From Antedon mediterranea (Eukaryota > Animalia > Echinodermata): a stretch of 64,000 bases of DNA. This document shows positions 37,135 through 51,154 of the stretch, piece by piece; position 1 is the first letter of the stretch; each line of letters begins with the position of its first letter. Both the position numbers and the translations under genes were made by a program. The notes below the pieces were generated by a model. The model had not been told where the DNA came from and searched no databases. It worked only from the letters and a program-made list of their open reading frames with translations. The stretch is from NCBI RefSeq assembly GCF_964355755.1, contig NC_092670.1, positions 39,916,388-39,980,387 on the forward strand, given 5' to 3'.

Positions 37135-40100
37135 TTATCTAAAACTTGGTCGCAATTTCCACACAGCTTGCCCGTCAGTTTTTACCAAGTCGCATATTTC
37201 ACGCAATAAAGAGCGGAATACTGCTGAATCCTTTGATGGGATTCTAGTTTGGAACTTTTCTAGGATCTCGCTTGTAGTTGCTTGACCATTACAATTTGCT
37301 TGGAATGAGATAAATGTCTGAAGATCTGCTAAGAGGTCAGATTTTTCATTTGATTGTCCATCGTCTGTAATATTATTACGAGCTTTAATTGTGGATAGTA
37401 GTTCTGAAGATGACGGTAATGCATCGTTAACGCTGGACTTCTTTGTGAAAGTGTGACCAGACATAGCACCATTGAAGAGCTTCTTGGAACCAAATTTAGG
37501 TTTAGCTGCCTGTAAAACCAACATTTCATATATTACTTCAACAACTAAAACAACTGAAGCAACCAACCTTTCTGCTCGGCTAATAGTATTAGTACTGTAC
37601 ACATCTAGCTCATGTGCACTTAAAAGAACCTAGTACATACATTTTTTAGACGAGTAGGGGTTACCCCAGTGTACTAGTCCACACACCGGTGTACCGTATC
37701 ACAATGAGTACTACTACTGTATCTTCTCTGCCATGCCCCTACAATCATGTGGCAACTAGAACTAAAATAGTACTAATAGCACTGTATTTAGTCTTAGTTA
37801 CAAGTTTATTAGTATAATGTATAAATAATGAATTGATCTTACCTGTTTGTTAGCAGTTGATGCTGTACCATTTACTTCAGCAACTTTACTATTTTTCTTC
37901 AAACCAAATCGTGGTCTGAAATAAAAAATGAAATGTGTGTAAACACAAGCAGAAGTATCTGTGTAAATACTTTATATACACCCTCTCATAACATAATAGG
38001 AAGACTTCACTAACAAATATGACAAAAAAGACCAATATAGATCAAGATTTTGCCCTTTAACGTAAAATGCGTGTTAAATAACAGATTCAAATTGTACTAA
38101 CTTGTCAATCCTGCCAGATAAACCCAGGGTTCCAGTCCAAGTTGGAATGCCAGAGGCTGCTGGCATGCAGCGGCGTCGAGACTTCTTCAACGCATTGGCA
38201 GCCTCTTTGGCTACACGCTCAGCTTCCTGCTCAACTAGTACATAATCTGGGTTTGAAGACTCCATGATTATGTCATGCTTCATTGCACTCTGTACACCTG
38301 TGTATGTAAATACAAACAAGTTTAACAAGGCATTATTAAGTAAGGAGAAATGAATACATTATTATTATTATTTATTCAGGCAAAGATACATTTTTTACAA
38401 AGTATAAAAAAAATCAACAAATTAAACAACGCAAGGAGAAATATAAAATCATAGTTACTAGCTGCCAGGAAAGCAGCCTAAGCCACTGTCACCAATTAGG
38501 TGTGTACCACTCTGAACAATCATTTTATAGTAACAGCATATAAAAATGTGTTCCTTACCATTTTTCTTAAATAACTTCTGCAGTACATAATCATCTTGTT
38601 TTGCCGAGTTCATTTGGTCCTCTTGGGGTTTAAATATACTATGACGGGACAAGTGAGCAATCTCTTTTCCTTCCAAACCTACAAATAATTTATTATTGAT
38701 TTAATCAATGTTATTATGGTTTTAGATGATTAGATAAAATGTTGTGTAGTTATTGAAATACTTAAGGTATTTTGAAATAAAATTGTATTCAATTTTTAGA
38801 AAATGACTTCAAAAGTCCTACATGCGTTTTTAACTTTCTTCTTTTTATTCTTCTTCTTTAACACCTTTTCTTTTTTCGATTCATTTTGTAGCTTAAGAAG
38901 TTTCTTCTTTAGTTTCTCGATCTTTTTCTTTTCTCTAGCTTTCCACTCTTTCATTTCATCTGTTGTACTAGCGGATGCTTTAGAACTGCTCTCCTTATCG
39001 CTACACACGTTTGTATTGTCTTGGTCTGCAAGTACTTTTTCCGTTTCGAAAGTAGAAACGGTTGTATTACTTTTAGAATCGTCTTTGATTTCATAAGGTC
39101 TGTCTTTGTTAGTCTGGCTTGGTTCCAATGTGCTATTGATAATTGAGGTATTATTTGTTGGCAGTGCTGAAGATGTATGACTATCTAATTGTGTCATAGA
39201 TAAATTCACTTGTTTGTTCTCTTCTTCTTTTTCTTTCGATGGTTCGCTTTTTTTGGTTGGAATGTTCACATTACCTGAGTTTGTAGTAGTACTACGCTTT
39301 GAGGTAGTTGCTGTAGTTTGTAACTTTTCAAACGTTCTATTTAGTACAGATTCACGTTTTACTGGGCTGGATTCTGTAGCAGATTTCTTAGCAGGAGATC
39401 TAGATTTAATGTTAGCTCCAGTTCCAGCAAACAACGCATTAGTTTCATTACCATGAATATTATCTTCCGATCCCAGTGAGAAAAGTTCAAACAGGTCATT
39501 CGACTTGAAGAATCTACGTTGCTTTGGATCTTTCAAGACACGATTTGTCAAAAACTGCTTGAAAATTTGCCTGATGGAAATAAACAAAGATAAATAGTGG
39601 TTTCTGGTACATTTATTTGCATTGTTACTAAATTCAGAGCTTTAACGATAACTACTGTAACAACATTTTAATTTCTTTACCTGTGGTATATTTTTTCTTC
39701 AATCGTTCCAGTCGTAAGCAATCGATAAACAGTTACTTGTCTGTTCTGACCAATTCTCCATGCTCTTTCTCTGGCTTGAGAATCTGTGCTTGGATTCCAA
39801 TCAGGATCAAAGATGATGATGCGATTGGCCCCAGTCAGATTTACACCAATTCCTCCAACTCTTGTTGTTAATAGGAACAAGAATATGGATGGATCCTATA
39901 TAGAAACATGAAGAGGAGAAGCAATGATATAAAGGCAAATTTAATGATCAGCTTCGGCTGGATGGACCACCTTCAAAAAATATTGTTGAAATGCTACTGG
40001 ATCTTTTTCCCTACCTGATTTAACCTAATCAATTATGTTTCTTCATTTGTTGTTCAACATCAGAGGAAATCAGTAAAACGATTCTAATTATTTTTTTACC

Positions 40101-43100
40101 TCATTAAACTTGTTAATAGCAGGTTGCCTTGACGATATTCCTGTGGTACCATCCATCCTCATGTATTTGTACTTATCTCTCACAAAATACTCTAGAATAT
40201 CCAACATCTAAAACAGAAAATGACCTAATCAACTGACTTAATTAAATAATTAATTAACAAAGTTTACATAATTGTTAAAGAGAGAAGAATTTTGGCTTTC
40301 TGACTCCTTTTAGGAGTATGCATAAACAACTTATCCAGGGCAGTCCAGGGTTGTTTTCAATAACATGCCACTGTCTGGCTTTCTGTCTCCTTTTTAGGAA
40401 GGAGTATGTGGGTAAACAACTTATTCAGGGTGGTGTGGTTCCTAGGAATATAATTATTACCTGTTTGCTTTGTGAGAAGAGCAACACTTTATGGTTCTGT
40501 TCCTTCCAAATCTTGAGTAGTGACTCAATGACAATCATCTTGCCTGATCTCTTCCAGTAACCATACTGATATGATTCGTCACATGATTTATCTTCAACAT
40601 TTGGATCTCTGGGACCACCGGTTGACAAGTCTGGATGGTTACTTATTTTTCGGAGAGTAATTAAGCCAGGAAATACCTTTTTAAAATAATCATTTGTAAA
40701 AGAATACAATATTGATTTCTTCAGATTTCCAGTACCAGTAATTGCCTTACAATCTATAGTCTTACCTGATAGTCTCTGTTCAGAATCATCTGGCATTCCT
40801 TTGATTTGAGATATTCTTCATAGGTAGCTCTTTGCTCCTGTGTCAGACGGCAGAATAGAACCTGCTCATTTTTCGGAGGAAGCTGCATGCTTTTCTTGAC
40901 GTCATTTTTCATTCTGCGCAGAAGATAAGGATTTATGGTGTCTCGAAGAACACAGGCACATTTATAAGCCGTTTGAACCTACAAAGAAAAAGTATTCTTG
41001 TCATTTCAGATTGTAGTGTTTATTTTTTTATTTATTCAATATTTCCATAGCCTCCTTACAAAGCCACAGGAAACATATAACAAATATGATTGTACTGTTT
41101 AAAATGTTTATTTATCTATATATACCAGTATCGTATTATAGCAGGGTTTAATTATGGTCAGCAAACTGTTCTATAAGTTACCTGGACAGCCGTGGCATTG
41201 GCGTAGCCTCCCATTGTTATGGGGATTGAAAACTGCTGCATGAAATCTGGTAACGTTCCAAGTTTACCCGGAAATACAAAATCTATTAGAGACCAGAGTT
41301 CCTTGAGGTTGTTTTGTACTGGGGAACCAGAGAGAATCAAACGGTGGCATGTTCGGAACTTTTAAAAGAGAGACAGAATTATTAGTTAAATAATGTAAGC
41401 ATTCCATAACTGAAAAACTTCAGAACTGTAAGATCAATTGGCATAAAATTGTGTGTTATCAGTTTTCATACTACATTTATGAATTTATGAACATATAAAA
41501 TATTAGAAACTGTTTAAAAATTATAAAATTATTATTAAAATCGTACTTGTGACACTGACCTGTTTACAGACAACTGTGACCTCAGCGTTAGGGTTGCGTA
41601 TCATGTGACCCTCATCAAGAATAACATAATGCCATTGATACTTTAGTAAATAATCTTGATTAAGTCTAGCACCAGAATATGATGTTATTAGAACTCCATG
41701 AGATTGGAATATATCTTGCACTAAAGTAGCCTACACAACAAAAATAGACAAGAACTATGATTTATATAAGTCAAAGATGCTCTCCAGCCACCCTGAGATG
41801 AGTAGTAGTAATCAGTACAGTAATGTTTATTTTAATTCATTTATGTAATTTTTAATTTCTATGGACCAGAGATTCCGAAATAAAAGATTGAGTGAATGAA
41901 TGGATTCTTTATATTGGACTCAAAACGATAATTACAGTACAGTCAACTCTCCCAATACCGGACACATTTAACTTGGCCAAATATGTCTGGTTTTCCAGGA
42001 AAATCTGGTATTCAGAATATGTTTTTAATGTTAAAAAGGAATTGGGACCTTTTGGACCTCACCAACAATTATTGGGAGATTTTCCGGTTTTCAGAGTGTC
42101 TGGTATTGGGAGAATTGACTGTATTGGTTAAACTCCAAATATGTCACAGGAATAGAATTCCTAAACATATTTGTATGACAAAAAGTCTGGTTGGTTACCT
42201 TAGATCCATGGTATGATCCAGAATCATGTAGAATGGCAACTCTGAACTGAGGCCACCAAATGTGAAATTCTTTCAACCACTGATGCATGACGGTTGCAGG
42301 GCTGATTATCAGAACAGGCCCTAGTCCTTTATAGCTGCAAAGAAATATCCCGTAAAAAATAAATTTAAAAAATTCATGCGATGTTGTCATTTGTATTAAA
42401 CTCTACACCAGAAATGTTATTAACAGGATGATGAATTTATTTACCTGGAAGACTTATTGAAAAGTTTACTGTACTTAAGTCCAGATAAGAAAGCGATAAT
42501 CTGGATTGTTTTTCCTAAGCCCATTTCATCACCAACAATTCCACCACATTCCTGTTGATGTAACTCCCAAAGCCACTTCACTCCTGTCTGTTGATATCTA
42601 AACAAAATCAATATTTGCAACATTTGTTTAAAGATGTATTGTCCCACTGAAAAAATAATTGTTTTGTGGAATATGACATTTTAATGTCATATGATAGTTA
42701 TCCACTTTGTAATTTAAAGAAAAAATAGTAAACTTGGCTGCCAGCCAATGGATTTTTGTTTGAATTTAACAATTTATTATGTCATTAAAAGTGAAAACAT
42801 TATTTTTACCATTTTTTTTCTACGAAAGTGAATAACTTTTCTTTATTAAAGCTGCAAAATGGCCTATTAAAAGTCTGATTTATTAATTTTTATTTTTCAT
42901 GTTTTTGGGGGTTTTATAGTCAGTTGATCAATTGTGTAATTGCAAAAGTTTTGTACAAACAAATTAATGGTAACGTTATGCTATTTAATACCTGTACAGT
43001 TTCTTCCAAACTCTCTGTGGTAATTGCCATCCTCCATCAAACTCAACATCCTCCTCATCTGGATCACTATCCGACTCTCCATTTTCAATTCTTGCCTGCT

Positions 43101-45796
43101 TTTCTTTAAGTCTTGCCATTTTGTTTTCTCTGGACAAATTATGTATATTTTGAATTAGAGATTAAATATTAGGAGAACTGTATAAATGTTACATGCAATT
43201 GTACATTGTTTTATGCTTTATCAGCAATATATTATTTTTCTTTTTTTGTATGTTATTTTTTTTAAAACTCTGCAGACTTAGCTTTAGATCATTTTCACAT
43301 ACCTCAGCCGTTTATAAAAGGATTCCTTGTTTCCGTCGTCGACAGTTTTCTGATTGATCTTTGACCTTTTTTCTTGTTTTTTTCTAGATCCATGTTTTTT
43401 GTTTTTATTATATTTCATCCATAATGTAGGTTTCTTTAACTTTTGTTTTGCAACAGATGTTTCACTTAAATAATACATTTCTGAAAGGAATTTAAGAATT
43501 GAACAAATTATAGTTTCATAGTGTTCATTTTTCTAAAGATATGTCTACACTATCAAACTTTATGTGATAAAAAATTTGACATCACACTTTTTTTATCAAA
43601 CTAGATTGATAGTGTAGACAGAGCTTTACTTTTCTTCTATTTGTGATTAAACATTGTATCTTTTGATATACCTTATGTACTAAGTATAGTATTTATTAAC
43701 ATGTTGATAACAAATGTATAAATCTACAGAATGTGGTGTGTTCCAGTTTTTGATGCGCCTTTTTTCATAAGCTTATATCATAAAATAACATGAAGAAAAA
43801 ATGCTAACCATTATCAGAAGACTTCCAATCATCTGGTTCAGGATTGTAATCGTCATCGCTAAATTCAACTCCGCTAATTTCCGAGTCACTTTGATAAGTA
43901 GGTCGCATGTCTTTTGATTGTTTTCTCTCCATTGTTAAACTACTGTTTGATTCCATCACAACTATTTCATCTTCAGAGCTGACAGGATAAATGTTATTAT
44001 CACCTTCTTCTGTCTTGTTTTTCTCTTTTTCTATATTACATTCATCCAAAGCATCTTTTAATCTCTTTTTGAGAACTTTCTGATCTTTATTTCCTTTTCT
44101 CTTGACTCCCTTTTTTCTTCCATGTAGATGTTTCCGCTTAGATGCTAATTCAGCTTGTTCAAGCATGTACTTTTCAAAGTCTGTCATAGGGGCAGTTTGT
44201 TCTGGTGGTTTTAACGTAGTACCAAATGGAGTCATCTCTCCAAGACGAATTAATCTCTCTTCTTCTGTCTCTTTATCACAAGTACTTGATTTTGGATCCG
44301 TTAATAAGCTTTTTAAGATATTAAAACTTTCATCTGAAGGAGAAAATCTAATATAATTTAGCTACAGGGTTCAATCCTGACCTAGTGCCATGGAATCTTT
44401 CTACTCCATTACCTAAGCCTCACACGAGACTTGTTTATAAGCTTAGCAACATAACTATTAAGGTTACGAACTCCCTACAAATTTCATTGAAAGTTGTTTA
44501 TTGAGGTTACGAAGCCAAACAATGTAAGCTACAAAGCCAACAACGTAGCCTACATTCTATCTACGAAGCTACTTTGTAGGAAAAATTGCAGTATTTTCTT
44601 TCTGTACTGTAGTTTATAATCTGTAATTGGTGAGTGTCCTGTAATATTGCAGTCACGAGATTCACAATAAACCTAACTTAAGACATCATGACAATTTTGA
44701 ACAAGTTTTGAAGCATACTGTACCATTGTCAGTATCAGCATCTTGTATCGAGTCATCTTGAAATCCATCTGGTGAGCCACTTAATGTTGACAAAAGAAAC
44801 CGATGTTTTGATCGTAACTTTTTCAGCTGTTTGTTCTGAAATCAAACCCACATTCAACATTAATAAAACTTGCATAATACTTCGTAACATAATTTTTTTC
44901 AGACTTGAATAGATACTATAGTTTGTCATACCTTTAACTCTTTCTGACTTTTAATAGACATACGTTTTCTGTGTGCATCTTTATTCCCAATGTTATTTCC
45001 ACTTGGAAGAACAATTGTTCGAATAACCTTATCCATGTGATTTATTTCTGCTTTTGTTGACCTGAAAAATATATGTTTATAAGTTATTTTTTACCAGGAA
45101 ATAGCGAGTTAAAAATAAAATATTTTAATGCATCTAATAAATTGAATAAAGTTTGTTTAAAAATGCACCTGATTTCATTTAGTACAGAATTCAGCTCCTT
45201 TTCAGCTTGTTTCTTTGCTTGTTTTTCTTGTTCAGCATTGATAGCACTGTCAACTTGTTGTATAATACCTTGTTCAAGCTCTTGCTGGTCGTATACACTA
45301 AATAAGCCAAGTTCTTTAAGTTCAGCAGCTTGTTCTGATTTGGGAACTGATTTGATTTGGCTGCTGTCAACATGAAACAAATTGACCTTTCCTTTACTTG
45401 GACCTGCTTCATTGTCATCTATGAATGAAAAAAAATAAAGTACTGTATTAACTATTATTACTTAATTAATATTTTAAAATAACTGAAAAATATAAAGATA
45501 AGATAAAGATCTGTTAAGTTACTGTAAGCTGAAGAGTTATATTTAAGTTATATATTGTGTGAAATTTTTCTCTTCTTTTATCTTATTAGAATAGAATAGA
45601 AATATTGATAATTATAATAGGCCTACACTACACAACTTTTTGTTTTATATTGATAATTTGATTTACTTATTTAATAATAATAATATTAAATTCTACCTTT
45701 CCCTTTTTCTTCATCGACCACATCTCCGGTTGTAGTAAAGCTGGGCTCCATAAAGCTGGTAGTAGGCCTAGCTGATGAATTATTTTCAGTAGACAT
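37135..45796 (-). CDS. ERCC6: DNA excision repair protein ERCC-6 (CSB), SNF2-family ATPase
   Basis: About 20 exons. [13 protein letters not shown] (42444-42597), [13 protein letters not shown] (41560-41730), [57 protein letters not shown] (39681-39895), [12 protein letters not shown]-terminal winged-helix exon (37135-37508). Confidence 0.95.
41940..42121. mobile_element. Tc1/mariner (pogo/Tigger-like) MITE
   Basis: TA-CAGTCAACTCTCCCAATACC...GGTATTGGGAGAATTGACTG-TA. Related fragment near 1156-1215. Confidence 0.75.
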
Positions 45797-46486
45797 CTTA
45801 GTAGTATATCAAAACTGTAGAAGCAGGCAATTACGACTCGTTGTAGATGGGCCTAGGCCTAGCACATCACCCTCCGGCCGGTCAGCCGCAAATCGTTCTT
45901 ACTCGAGGTTACGTAACATCACGGACATACCTGTTTGGCAATAATGTCTAGCTTAATAATACAACATCTCAAAATCCAGGCTGATTTAAGCTTTTTTGTC
46001 AACCAATCATTTAAAATAGCCCACTTTTCTGTAAAGTAGGATTTTCCTTTCGATATTTACCTACACACTTACTCAAAATATATAAATATTTTCATTTGTT
46101 TCAGACAAACAAAATAGCAAGCATCATCTTTTTTAATAACAAAAAGCCACACTTCGACCAAGTGAGGTCAAAGGGTACCTAGTGAAGCAAAACGTATGAG
46201 TGACGTTGCACATGATGTGGTGATGTTCCCCCTCGGCGTGGTAGAAACAAAACAAAATAGTACTAAACTTATACAAATTGCATAGGCCTAGATAAATATA
46301 AAAATGAAAAATTAACATTTTTTACATTTAATAGGGAATACTGTAAAAATTATTCCTAATTTGTCAACAAATCAAAGAGAAATTTGATTTTAAAATTGGA
46401 TATATGAGTATTGATATTTGTATTACAATATGTGTAAAATGGCTTCAAAAAGATCGCCATCACCCTTCTTCACACCATCGGGCTCG

Positions 46487-46521
46487 CTCTTCCTTTCTCT
46501 GCTTGGCCTGCTTACCACGTG
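46487..46521 (+). promoter_or_regulatory. RPS9 non-coding first exon with 5'-TOP tract, in a divergent promoter region shared with ERCC6
   Basis: CTCTTCCTTTCTCT followed within ~25 nt by a GTAGGT donor; acceptor TTTTATAG at ~49503. Confidence 0.7.
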
Positions 46522-47209
46522 GTAGGTTAATGAAGGGTTAAGAATGAATTTGATTAGTTTTTGACTTTTGAATGTTATTTATGTACATTATAATAATAAA
46601 TAATTTGTATATAATATATATTTTATGTTGTGTTGGGTTTCATTTTTTCTTATTAAGAATAAAGTCCTAAAAATACAGTACACATTTACCGTCATATAGG
46701 CCTAGCCTAGGCCTGCCCTTAGAAATATGATTAGGCCTAGGGTAGGCTAATAGCTAAGCAAACTCAATTAAAGGCTTAGCGTGTGGGCTGCGAACGCGAT
46801 ATGTAATTTTAGTTCGCAACTCTTAACTTTTTATACCAGTCACATTAGATTCGACTTAATTAAGCCGAGTAATCTCACACAGACTGGAAGGAAGGAAGGA
46901 AGGAAGGAATCGATAAATAGACGATTTTCATGCTTCGGAAGCCATCTGATCTATCTTGCAGATATGAAAAACAGTCATCCTCATAACCAAACAAAAAATA
47001 ACATTTTCAGAGTATTTCAGGACACCATGTCACACCAATTTAAAAAAGCATACATGAACGGAAAGGTTGTATGAGAAAAAAAAATTCTGTTTTCACCGCT
47101 TAAAATCCACCAAAAAAACATATACCCGGTATGTGTAAGCATGGACTACACTGCGGAAAAACGGTGGTGACAAATGCCTATGCTTAGATAAAAATTAAAA
47201 TTATTTTAT

Positions 47210-49355
47210 GGGCAATTCCATGGTCACTCACATTACACATTACAGTCATTTTTGTTAGTCTAAGCTTTGTACTTTCTATACTAATTGAATTTTTAAGTCA
47301 ATGTTTTATATGAACATACTTTAGGTGCAAGTCTTTAATAAAATACTATAAAAAAAATTGTATGTCTTTTACTTCGACAATGACGGCATTGCGAAATTCT
47401 GTCACACGCATTACACAAAAAGGACACAACAAAAATATGATTAGATTTGATAAGAACGTGTCCTTAAATTAAAAATATATGGATCAAAAGATCTTATATT
47501 TTTAATTGCTGTACTTTTAAAGTATAAAATAGGATAATAAAAAAATTCAACATTACATAGATTTTAAAAATATTTTACATTTTAACAAAAAAGTCCCGTC
47601 ACTCGCATTACTGTCACTCGCATTACCGTAAGAAATGAACTTAGTATTTACTAAGCAAAGCAGAAAGAAAAGTAGACAATAATTGAATAATGCAACATTA
47701 AACCGCTCAAAGAATGTTATCAATTTTCAAGTAAAAACTTTTATTTCAACTCATTTGGATGAAGTTCTAAAGGACATCATCTATTTTTAACACTAACAGA
47801 ACATCTTGTTTTTTTATAAACACAGTAACACTTATACGGTCACTAAAAATGAAAATAGAAAATTCAAACAGCCATTTTACAAATTATGGAACTCAAAGTT
47901 CCTCGCAAACCAGCATCGAGCATTCTTTTTGCCCTGGTAGTGGCTTTAGCAAAAGCCATAGCACTTCTAAAAGGTGATGGCCCGTCTGATGCCAAAGCAG
48001 CCTTCTTTGCTCTGAACTTAGCCACACGTTTTCTATTAGCAACTTTAAGAGCATCAATCTTCTGCTTCTTCAAAGCTGGTGGCAGAGCTAGAATTTTCTC
48101 TTTTCTTTTACTTTTTTACTTCTTTTCGAAATTTCATTTTCTTTGTTTCTGTATGAGGTGTATTTTCCCTCGGCTTTCAGTTTTTCTAGGTACTTTCTCT
48201 GTCGTTCGGCCATTTCTAAAGGCAGGATGCAAATGTGAATGATATTTTAAAATTATTTTTAAATAATAAGCAATTATATATTTTGTTTTTAAAACTACAA
48301 TGCTTTAGACCTGGTGGTGTAAAATATGCCTAGTAAATAATAATATATAAATAATAATATATAAATAAATTATTATAGCCTAGGCCTATATGCGGTGTTT
48401 TCAAATTATAGAATTTGAAATAATTAACACTAACAAATATAAGAAAAAAAAATTAAAAATTGTGATTAAATATAAATGTATACTTATTCTTACCTTCTTA
48501 TCTTCACCAAAGATTGTACCAAATTTGTTAAATCTCACCAGATTTAGTGTTTTTTATTTAATGAGCTCTTATAATGATTGATTTTTCAAATGATTTAACT
48601 GCAAAAAAGGTCGTTGCTAGGGATTGTGCCCTCAACAAACCTAATGCTATAATTATTATACTGTAGTGCCTCCAAATAAGGGCCAAATCACACATTGTAT
48701 TATGAAATTAATGTATATACTAATTCTGGGACTAATTCATAACTAATGATAGATTAATTACTATTTTTAGTTTTAGTAATGTCACTCGCATTACATTGTC
48801 CATTTTTTAACGTCACTCGCATTACATGTCACTCGCATTTCACTTTTCAATGTCTCAACAATTTTGTATTTACGGGGATTTTTTATTTTTCAAATTTTAA
48901 TTGTTCAAAGTAGTATAGCTAAATTATAAAATTTCATTTAAAAAAATTATCATGATGGTATAAAAAAAAAAATCATTTTTTTTTGTCACTCGCATTACAT
49001 ACCCTAATATATAACAGAATATACACAGCACTCCTATATGGGATATTCAACATTTGTAGTTATATCATATTTTCCATACATCTTAAGTGTACTATTACTT
49101 AGACATGTTACTTTATAAATATTGCTTTGTTGGGAAAATAATAATCAGTTAACGTAATTACCTGTTTTTCACACCTAAAAAATATATATTCAACATTGAA
49201 TAAACGTAATTTTTTGGCTGCAAAAAGTCATAAATGAATTGAAAAAGTTAAAAACCTAGTTCCCACATATTCAAAGAGTAACATAAACACAAATTTTGAG
49301 CTGACTAATTAATTTGAATTTTTTTGGTCATGTCCATGTTTGCATGGAATTGCCC
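47210..49355 (-). mobile_element. Non-autonomous Sola2-like DNA transposon in RPS9 intron 1
   Basis: 13-bp TIR GGGCAATTCCATG/CATGGAATTGCCC, 4-bp TSD TTAT, several GTCACTCGCATTAC subterminal repeats, and a broken basic ORF at 47864-48213 resembling a transposase N-terminus. Confidence 0.75.
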
Positions 49356-49517
49356 TTATAAAAAGGACAAATTATACCGTTTTCTCTTAATCAGAAATTT
49401 TTCTGCAATCCAATTTTAGGGTCAAAGTGAGAAACTATTCTGTGACACAAATATTACAGAGCCGGAGTATAATCTTAAACAATTATTTTATTGTATTTTA
49501 TAGAGTAACGGTTCAAG

Positions 49518-51154
49518 ATGCCGAAGCTTGTATGCAGTAAAACATTTGTGACTCCTCGACGTCCTTTTGAAAAGGAACGTTTAGACCAAGAGTTAAAACT
49601 TATTGGAGAGTTTGGTCTTCGTAACAAGCGTGAAGTTTGGCGTGTCAAGTATACTTTGGCAAAGATCAGAAAATCTGCACGTCATCTGTTGACACTTGAA
49701 GAAAAGGATTCACGCCGTTTGTTTGAAGGTTTGTTTCAATTCTGATTTTTAGTGGCAGGTAAATCTTTTTCTGTCGCATTATAGAATTAACTTTTCCTCT
49801 AACTGCATTATTAGTAATTGATTGTTAATATGTTTTTAGGTAATGCACTTTTACGTCGTTTGGTTCGTATTGGAGTGTTGGACGAGTCCAAAATGAAGCT
49901 TGATTATGTTTTGGGTCTACGTGTTGAGGACTTTATGGAACGTCGTCTTCAAACCCAAGTGTTCAAGCTTGGATTGGCAAAGAGCATTCACCATGCCAGA
50001 ATCTTGATAAGACAAAGACATATAAGGTAAGCTTGCTGTCAATGTCAAATTACATTCAATCATTTTGATTAATTCCCATGTAAAGCCATACTATTACTAC
50101 ATACTGTATTAATGATTTAGTTTGATTTATTCGTTCATATAGCTGAATGTCAAACAGATTAGTAGTTTAAAATCTGGGAGGTCAATGTAACCTGTTTTAC
50201 ACACCTTACTGGAATTTGACAGAGATGTCTGTAAGGTCAATGTAACAGTGTACACACCTCAGAAGGTCATACTCCTGCAATGTGCAAAAAGTTTCTTTGA
50301 GGTCAATGTAACAGTGTACACACCTCAGAAGGTCATACTCCTGCAATGTGCAAAAAGTTTCTTTGAGGTCAATGTAACAGTGTACACACCTCAGAAGGTC
50401 ATACTCCTGCAATGTGCAAAAAGTTTCTTTGAGGTCAATGTAACAGTGTACACACCTCAGAAGGTCATACTCCTGCAATGTGCAAAAAGTTTCTTTGAGG
50501 TCAATGTAACAGTTTTACACACCTCAGGAGGTCATATCCTGTGATGTGCAAAACATTTCTTTGAGGTCAATGTAACAGTTATACACACCTTGGAGGTCAT
50601 ACTCCTGTGATGTGCAAAAAGTTTCTTTGAGGTCAATGTAACTGTTTTACACACCTCAGGTCATATTTTGTGATGTGCAAAAAAGTTTCTTTGAGGTCAA
50701 TGTACCAGTTTTACACACCTCAGAAGGTCATACGCTTGTGATGTGCAAAAAGTTTCTTTGAGGTCAATGTAACAGTTTTACACACCTCAGAAGGTCATAC
50801 GCTTGTGATGTTCCAAGATTTTGAACAAACATAATAGGTAGTTAAAACATTACTATATAATGAAGGTGAAGAACACCTGTCTCATTCTGAAAATCAACAG
50901 ATTTAATTTCTAATTATTTCTAAAACTTTGGTTTTGTGAAAACAGTTCATAATTTTATATTTTGATATTGTTTATACAGAGTGCGTAAGCAAGTTGTCAA
51001 TATTCCGTCGTACATCGTACGGTTAGACTCGCAGAAGCACATAGATTTCTCGTTGAGATCACCATATGGAGGAGGGCGTGCTGGCCGTGTCAAGCGAAAG
51101 AACGCCAAGAAAGGAAAGGGTGGCGACGATGAAGAAGAGGAGGATGAAGATTAA
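49518..51154 (+). CDS. RPS9: 40S ribosomal protein S9 (uS4)
   Basis: Exons 49518-49728 ([31 protein letters not shown]), 49840-50026 ([21 protein letters not shown]), 50980-51154 (acidic tail, TAA). Confidence 0.98.
50178..50811. repeat. 66-bp minisatellite, about 10 copies, in the last RPS9 intron
   Basis: Unit begins GAGGTCAATGTAACAG; matches the 22-aa repeat ORFs in the track. Confidence 0.95.

Noticed and set aside
44350-44720. Domesticated piggyBac (PGBD3-like) exon in ERCC6
   Set aside because: The intron is too short and has no transposase ORF; only short CTACGAAG-type repeats.
50178-50811. CRISPR-like regularity of the 66-bp array (also 27157-27408 and 61934-62295)
   Set aside because: No unique spacers, eukaryotic intronic context and no cas genes; these are ordinary minisatellites.
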